A stretch of DNA of 64,000 nucleotides from Myxococcota bacterium. Lineage in GTDB: Bacteria > Myxococcota_A > UBA9160 > UBA4427. How positions within the stretch are numbered: position 1 is the first letter of the stretch; every line of letters starts with the position of its first letter. The notes below the pieces were generated by a model. It was given only the letters and a program-made list of their open reading frames with translations. It did no database searches and was not told the origin of the DNA. The position numbers and the translations under genes are program-made. Location of the stretch: positions 256,001-320,000 of the forward strand of contig OZ252299.1 of assembly GCA_965250285.1 (NCBI GenBank), written 5' to 3'. Of the stretch, positions 59,141 to 64,000 are shown one piece after another.

Positions 59141-60316
59141 TCAGAACTTGATCGGGAAGCTCGCGTAGCCCTGCACGAAGTCGGTCACGAGGCGCTCGGC
59201 GTTGTCGAGGTCGAGCTCGTACTCGGGGAACGCCGCGAGCATCTCCTCGAGGCAGATCTTGCCTTCGAGCTTCGCTGCGTGCATGCCGATGCAGGCGTGC
59301 GTCCCCGCGCCGAACGAGAGGATGCGCTTTGCCTTGCGATCGATGTCGAACACGTCCGGGTCGTCGAACTCGTCCGCGTCGCGATTGGCGGCCGGATAGA
59401 GGAAGAGGACCGGCTGGCCTTCCTTGAGCGATTGACCGCGCAGCTCGAGATCGTTCGTGACGCTGCGGCAGAGGAACTGCGTCGGCATCCAGTACCGCAG
59501 CCCCTCTTGCAGGGCGTCGGGCACCAGCGACGGATCGGCCACCACCTTCGCACGCTGATCGGGGTGCTCGGCGAGCAGCTGCGTCATGTTGGCGAACGTC
59601 TTCGGGAACGTCTCTGAGCCGCCGATGATGAGCAGCGTCAGATGCGACGCGATCGCCTCGAGCGGGAACTGCTCGCCGTCGAGCTCGAAGGCGCAGAGGA
59701 GGTTGAGCACGTCGGGCTCATCCGCCCCCTTGGCTCGACACTTGGCCGCCAGCTCGTAGAAGTAGGCGCCGATCTCCTCCATGGCCGCGAGCCCGTCTGG
59801 GGTCATGCCGTCGACTTCGGGGTCGCGGGCGAAGAAGCGCCAGACCAGGCTGTTCAGCATGTCGCCATCTTCCTGGGGGATGCCGTTCAGCTTGCACGCC
59901 ACGGCGGTCGCGACGTTCGACGAGAAGTCGTTCATCACGTCCATGCCGCCTCGACCCTTCGCCTCTTCGATGTAGCTCTTCACCATGTCGCGGATGAACG
60001 GCTCGAGCGGCGCCACCTTGGCGGGCGTGAAGTACTGCCGCATCTCCGTCCGCAGCTTCGTGTGCTCGGGCGGATCCATCATGTTGAGCATCGGGGTGAC
60101 GGGCTGCACCTTCGTGAGAAGATGGGCCGACGTCGTCCCCTTCGTCGCGGTGAAGTGCTTGTTGTCCATCGAGCAGTCCCAGATGTCCTGGAACTTCGAG
60201 AGCGCCCACGCGTCGTATTCCTCGATGTAGTAGACCGGCGCCTCTTCGCGCAGCTGCGCGTAGACGGGGTAGGGGTCTCGCATCACCTCGTCGGAGAACG
60301 GGTTGTAGTGGACCAT
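59141..60316 (-). CDS. Cytochrome P450
   Basis: DPPEH..LR, GGSET I-helix, EGLR, AANRD, FGAGTHACIG heme ligand. Confidence 0.95.
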   Translation of the reverse strand: MVHYNPFSDEVMRDPYPVYAQLREEAPVYYIEEYDAWALSKFQDIWDCSMDNKHFTATKGTTSAHLLTKVQPVTPMLNMMDPPEHTKLRTEMRQYFTPAKVAPLEPFIRDMVKSYIEEAKGRGGMDVMNDFSSNVATAVACKLNGIPQEDGDMLNSLVWRFFARDPEVDGMTPDGLAAMEEIGAYFYELAAKCRAKGADEPDVLNLLCAFELDGEQFPLEAIASHLTLLIIGGSETFPKTFANMTQLLAEHPDQRAKVVADPSLVPDALQEGLRYWMPTQFLCRSVTNDLELRGQSLKEGQPVLFLYPAANRDADEFDDPDVFDIDRKAKRILSFGAGTHACIGMHAAKLEGKICLEEMLAAFPEYELDLDNAERLVTDFVQGYASFPIKF

Positions 60317-60452
60317 GGCGGTGGGCTCCTTCGCTGCCGGGTTCTCGCGCGCGAGCATACCGCCGCGGCTCGCGGGCTGCCGCCGCGAACGCATCGGAGG
60401 CCACTCCGATTCGGGGATCGGGGTGACGGCTGGAGTCGACGCGGTGGGGCGG

Positions 60453-61526
60453 CTAGCGCGCAGCGATCGAGGCGCAGCGCTCGCGCGCTGCGTTTCGGAG
60501 GAAGGGCTTGGCCATTTCGCGCCGGGCTCGCGGCCCGTTCAGGCAGCGCGCCTTGCGCTCTTCGAACGTGAGCGCAGCGCTCGTCGAGTCGCTGCCCGAA
60601 TCAGCCATGTGCTCGAGCGAGGCGTCTTCGTCGCCCGACGCGACCACGTCGGCTCGATCTTGCAGGAACGCTGAACGAAGCGCTGCATAGAAGTCGAGCG
60701 ACTGGTCGCGCAGCATCTCGAGCTCGAATTCACTCTGCTCGCGACGCGTGAAGTCTTTGCTGGCACCCATGATCATGCCGGGCAGCGGGCCGAGCACCCA
60801 GCTCGCGGGCTGCATGGCAAAGTCGGCGCCCATGCCGACGCCATGTCGCACCGTCATCGGGCCGAGGAAGGGGAAGATCAGGAAGGGCCCCTGCGGTGTC
60901 CCCCAGGTTGCGAGCGTCTGGCCGAAGTCGGCGTGCTGCTGCTTGAGGCCGATGCGGCTGCCGACGTCGAACAGACCGCCGAGACCGAAGGTCGTGTTGA
61001 ATACGAATCGGCCCAGCATGATGCCGGCCGCCTTCGGGCGACCCTGGAGCATGGCGTTCGTGAGTCGCGCCGGCGAGTCGAGGTTGCGGAAGACGTTGAA
61101 GACGCCTTCGCGTCCGGCCGACGGGACGAGCGCCTGATACACGCCGGTGATCGGCGTGAGCAGAAAACGATCGACGCCCCGGTTGAACTGGAACACGACT
61201 CGGTTCGCCGGCTCGAGCGGGTCTTCGTTCACGATGCCGTCGTACTCGTCGTCGAGGCTGAACTCGTCTTCGAACCACTCGTCGTCGTCCCAGGCCTCGG
61301 CGTCATCCGATGCCTGGGGCTTTGCCGTCTGGCCATCGGGCGACGGGTTCGCATCGAGCGAGGGCAGCGCACGGGGCTCGCTCTTGTCGTTCAGCGCGAG
61401 CAGGCTCTCCCCAGCCAGGGGGGCGCTCGGCGCAACCATCAGCAGAGCCACGCACGCGAGCACGCCGAGCCCGAGGTGGGCGGCGCGGCGCGGTGTGTCG
61501 CACGGCTTCGATTCGGCTCGACGCAT
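60453..61526 (-). CDS. mlaA: VacJ/MlaA family lipoprotein
   Basis: DPLEPANR.VF.FN, RFVFNTTFGLGGLFDV, DFGQTL..WG...GP, LGP. Confidence 0.85.
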   Translation of the reverse strand: MRRAESKPCDTPRRAAHLGLGVLACVALLMVAPSAPLAGESLLALNDKSEPRALPSLDANPSPDGQTAKPQASDDAEAWDDDEWFEDEFSLDDEYDGIVNEDPLEPANRVVFQFNRGVDRFLLTPITGVYQALVPSAGREGVFNVFRNLDSPARLTNAMLQGRPKAAGIMLGRFVFNTTFGLGGLFDVGSRIGLKQQHADFGQTLATWGTPQGPFLIFPFLGPMTVRHGVGMGADFAMQPASWVLGPLPGMIMGASKDFTRREQSEFELEMLRDQSLDFYAALRSAFLQDRADVVASGDEDASLEHMADSGSDSTSAALTFEERKARCLNGPRARREMAKPFLRNAARERCASIAAR

Positions 61527-62052
61527 CGGATCCTCGTAAGGGTGCGCCTCGGTGACCCGGGTCACTCGAAGCGCGCTCTGCGTTGGCTGGGGGAACGGGG
61601 AGGGTCGGCCAACAGCGCCCGATTGCAACTCCTGATCGGCGGGATTCTGCTTCGATTTCAGTCCTTTGGAGGATCATTCGGGCCCGGTGGGGGACCTGGG
61701 CCCCGGCAGGTCGAATAGGCCCCCCGCGGGTCTTCCCGGGCTCTTCGAATTGTGTCCAGAACCGTCGCGGCCCGCCCCTTCCGAGACGGACGGGGCAGCG
61801 CGGCACCGGGCGCGAGCGCCCGGCCCGGTTCACTCGGCCGGTCGAACTCGGCCGCGCGGGCCCTCCTGCTCGATCGTCGAGCGCCGAGCGTGGCGTCGGC
61901 GTGCTCGGCCCCCGCTCGCGCGGGCAGGCTAGGCTCCTCGCGCGCCTCGTCCGGCCTCTCCCTCGACTGGCCGTAGCCGGTCGGGCGAGCGAATGGCGTT
62001 CGTCGACGAAGCGCGCCGTACACGAAACGCAATCCGACCAGGAGCGACGTAG

Positions 62053-63057
62053 ATGAAGATCGATGGTGGAGTGATGGGCTTCGACCTGTCGAAGGTGCCG
62101 GCTCGGGCGAAGGCCCTCGAAGAGCTCGGGGTCGACGGCATCATGAGTGCCGAGGTGTCGAACGATCCGTTCCTGCCGCTGGCGCTCGCGGCCGAGCACA
62201 CCGAACGGGTGCGCCTGCAGACGAGCATCGCGGTCGCGTTCGCACGCAACCCGATGCTCCTGGCGCAGATGGGCCACGACCTGAACGCCTACTCGAAGGG
62301 GCGCTTCACCCTCGGCCTCGGCTCGCAGATCAAGCCGCACATCACGCGCCGCTTCAGCATGCCCTGGTCGAAGCCGGCCGCGCGCATGCGTGAGATGATC
62401 CTCGCGATGCGCGCGATCTGGGAGTGCTGGTATGACGGCAAGCCGCTCCACTTCGAGGGCGAGTTCTACGACCACACGCTGATGACGCCCATGTTCACGC
62501 CGCCGAACCTCGAGCACGGGGCGCCCGACGTTTGGCTCGCCGGGGTCGGGCCGCTGATGACCGAAGTCGCCGGAGAGGTCGCCGACGGTCTGATCGCTCA
62601 CGCCTTCACGACGCCGAAGTACATCGACGAGGTCACGATGCCCGCCGTGAAGAAGGGCCTCGCGAAGTCGGGTCGCAGCCTCGACGACTTCACGCTCGTG
62701 TGCCCGATCTTCACCGTGACGGGTGCGAACGAGGAGCAGATGAAGGCGAATCACACGGCGACCACCCGGCAGATCGCCTTCTACGCGTCGACGCCGGCCT
62801 ACCGGCCCGTGCTCGAGCTGCACGGCTGGAACGATCTCGGCCCCGAGTTGACCCGGATGTCGAAGCAGGGCCAGTGGGAAGAGATGGGGACGCTGATCAC
62901 CGACGACGTGTTGGCCGAGTTCGCGGTGGTCGGTACGCCCGACGAGGTCGTCGAGGGGCTGCGTACGCGGTACCCCCACGTCGATCGCACCGTGTTCAGC
63001 TTCGAGTTCCTGCCCAAGGATCAGCAGCGCGAAGTGCTCGCGCGGCTGCAGGCCTAG
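62053..63057 (+). CDS. LLM class F420-dependent oxidoreductase
   Basis: [42 protein letters not shown]. Confidence 0.92.
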   Translation: MKIDGGVMGFDLSKVPARAKALEELGVDGIMSAEVSNDPFLPLALAAEHTERVRLQTSIAVAFARNPMLLAQMGHDLNAYSKGRFTLGLGSQIKPHITRRFSMPWSKPAARMREMILAMRAIWECWYDGKPLHFEGEFYDHTLMTPMFTPPNLEHGAPDVWLAGVGPLMTEVAGEVADGLIAHAFTTPKYIDEVTMPAVKKGLAKSGRSLDDFTLVCPIFTVTGANEEQMKANHTATTRQIAFYASTPAYRPVLELHGWNDLGPELTRMSKQGQWEEMGTLITDDVLAEFAVVGTPDEVVEGLRTRYPHVDRTVFSFEFLPKDQQREVLARLQA

Positions 63058-63062
63058 CCGGC

Positions 63063-64000
63063 GTGCCGCACTCACTCGGTGAAGCGCGTCCGTTCGGTCT
63101 CGGCTACTGGCCGCTGCCCGAAGACGAGCCCGATCGCCCGGTCACGCGCGAGCCCGTGCGCATCGTGACCGAAGATCGCGCGCTCGTGCGCGGCATGCTG
63201 TGGACGCCGGCCGACGGCCGGCCGTGGAAGACCGCGATCGTGCTCTCGCACCCGCGCGGTGACTTCTCGGTGCACTATGCCTGCCCGCTGCTCGCGGCCG
63301 CGGGCTACGCCGTACTCGGCTTCGCGACCCGCTACATCAACAACGACACCGACTGCCTGCACGAGCGGTGCGTCGTCGACGTGGCGGCCGCCGTGGGCGA
63401 GATGCGAAGGCGGGGGGCCGAGGCGGTCGTGCTCTTCGGCAACAGCGGCGGTGGGTCGCTGATGGCGCTGACCCAGAAGGAGCGCGACTGCGGCGACGGG
63501 TTCGTCGCGGTGGCGGCGCATCCGGGCGAGGGCGTCTTCATGGCCCAGGTGATCGACCCGTCTGTGGCCGACGAAGACGACCCCCGAGCGGTGATCCCCG
63601 AGCTCGACATGTACGACCCCGACAACGGCTGGCGACCCTGGCCCGAGCCGTGCAGCTACGATCGCGACTGGCTCGTGCGCTATCGCGAGGCCCAGCTCGC
63701 TCGCATCGCGCGACTCGACACGATCGCCAAGGCGTCGATCGACGAGGCCCAGGCGAGCTTCCGGCGCGCGCGAGAGATCGACAAGCTGAAGGATCCACGC
63801 GCCTGGCGACGCGAGCGCAGCCGGGGCGTGCACACGAAGTACATGACGATCTACCGGACGCTCGCCGATCCGGCCTATCTCGACCTCGACATCGATCCCG
63901 ACGATCGCCCAATGGGATCGCTCTTCGCCTTCCCCGATCCGCTCGATGCGAACTATGGCCTCGGCGGCCTCGCGCGCGTGATGACGGCGCGCGGTTGGCT
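63063..64000 (+). CDS. Alpha/beta hydrolase (3' truncated by window edge; absent from the ORF track)
   Basis: Open frame from GTG 63063: [17 protein letters not shown], nucleophile elbow [15 protein letters not shown]. Confidence 0.8.
   Translation, partial: MPHSLGEARPFGLGYWPLPEDEPDRPVTREPVRIVTEDRALVRGMLWTPADGRPWKTAIVLSHPRGDFSVHYACPLLAAAGYAVLGFATRYINNDTDCLHERCVVDVAAAVGEMRRRGAEAVVLFGNSGGGSLMALTQKERDCGDGFVAVAAHPGEGVFMAQVIDPSVADEDDPRAVIPELDMYDPDNGWRPWPEPCSYDRDWLVRYREAQLARIARLDTIAKASIDEAQASFRRAREIDKLKDPRAWRRERSRGVHTKYMTIYRTLADPAYLDLDIDPDDRPMGSLFAFPDPLDANYGLGGLARVMTARGW

Noticed and set aside
63072..63833. 253-aa minus-strand ORF
   Set aside because: Shadow of the plus-strand alpha/beta hydrolase that runs off the window end

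Overview
A high-GC (roughly 70% by eye) bacterial chromosomal segment, densely coding, with about 60 genes. I found no rRNA, tRNA, CRISPR array, transposase or prophage. Outer-membrane genes (MlaA/VacJ, DUF748, a beta-barrel) indicate a diderm cell, yet the catabolic genes look actinobacterial: three F420-type LLM oxidoreductases, PPOX and Ddn-like F420 enzymes, ChsH/Ltp2 steroid side-chain enzymes, a P450, an AurF-like diiron protein and many SDRs. This fits an uncultured Myxococcota/Binatia-like lipid or steroid degrader (inference). Housekeeping genes include xth, msrA, hemF and a TrmH-type methyltransferase. Five signals are not explained by the ORF track: (1) a hidden ArsC/Spx-like selenoprotein gene (49877-50215) with an in-frame TGA in a U-x-x-C motif and a SECIS-like hairpin; (2) two copies of a ~230-260 bp structured MITE-like element with terminal inverted repeats, each next to a CTAG that supplies a gene's stop codon; (3) a PEP-utilising/RPH-like gene whose best SD-supported start is ATC; (4) a single-chain ChsH2-ChsH1 fusion upstream of ltp2; (5) several palindromic operator candidates. 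An uncharacterised DUF2868 + DUF3482-GTPase membrane pair and a PAS pseudo-kinase are also present. All family calls come from motif recognition, not database searches.
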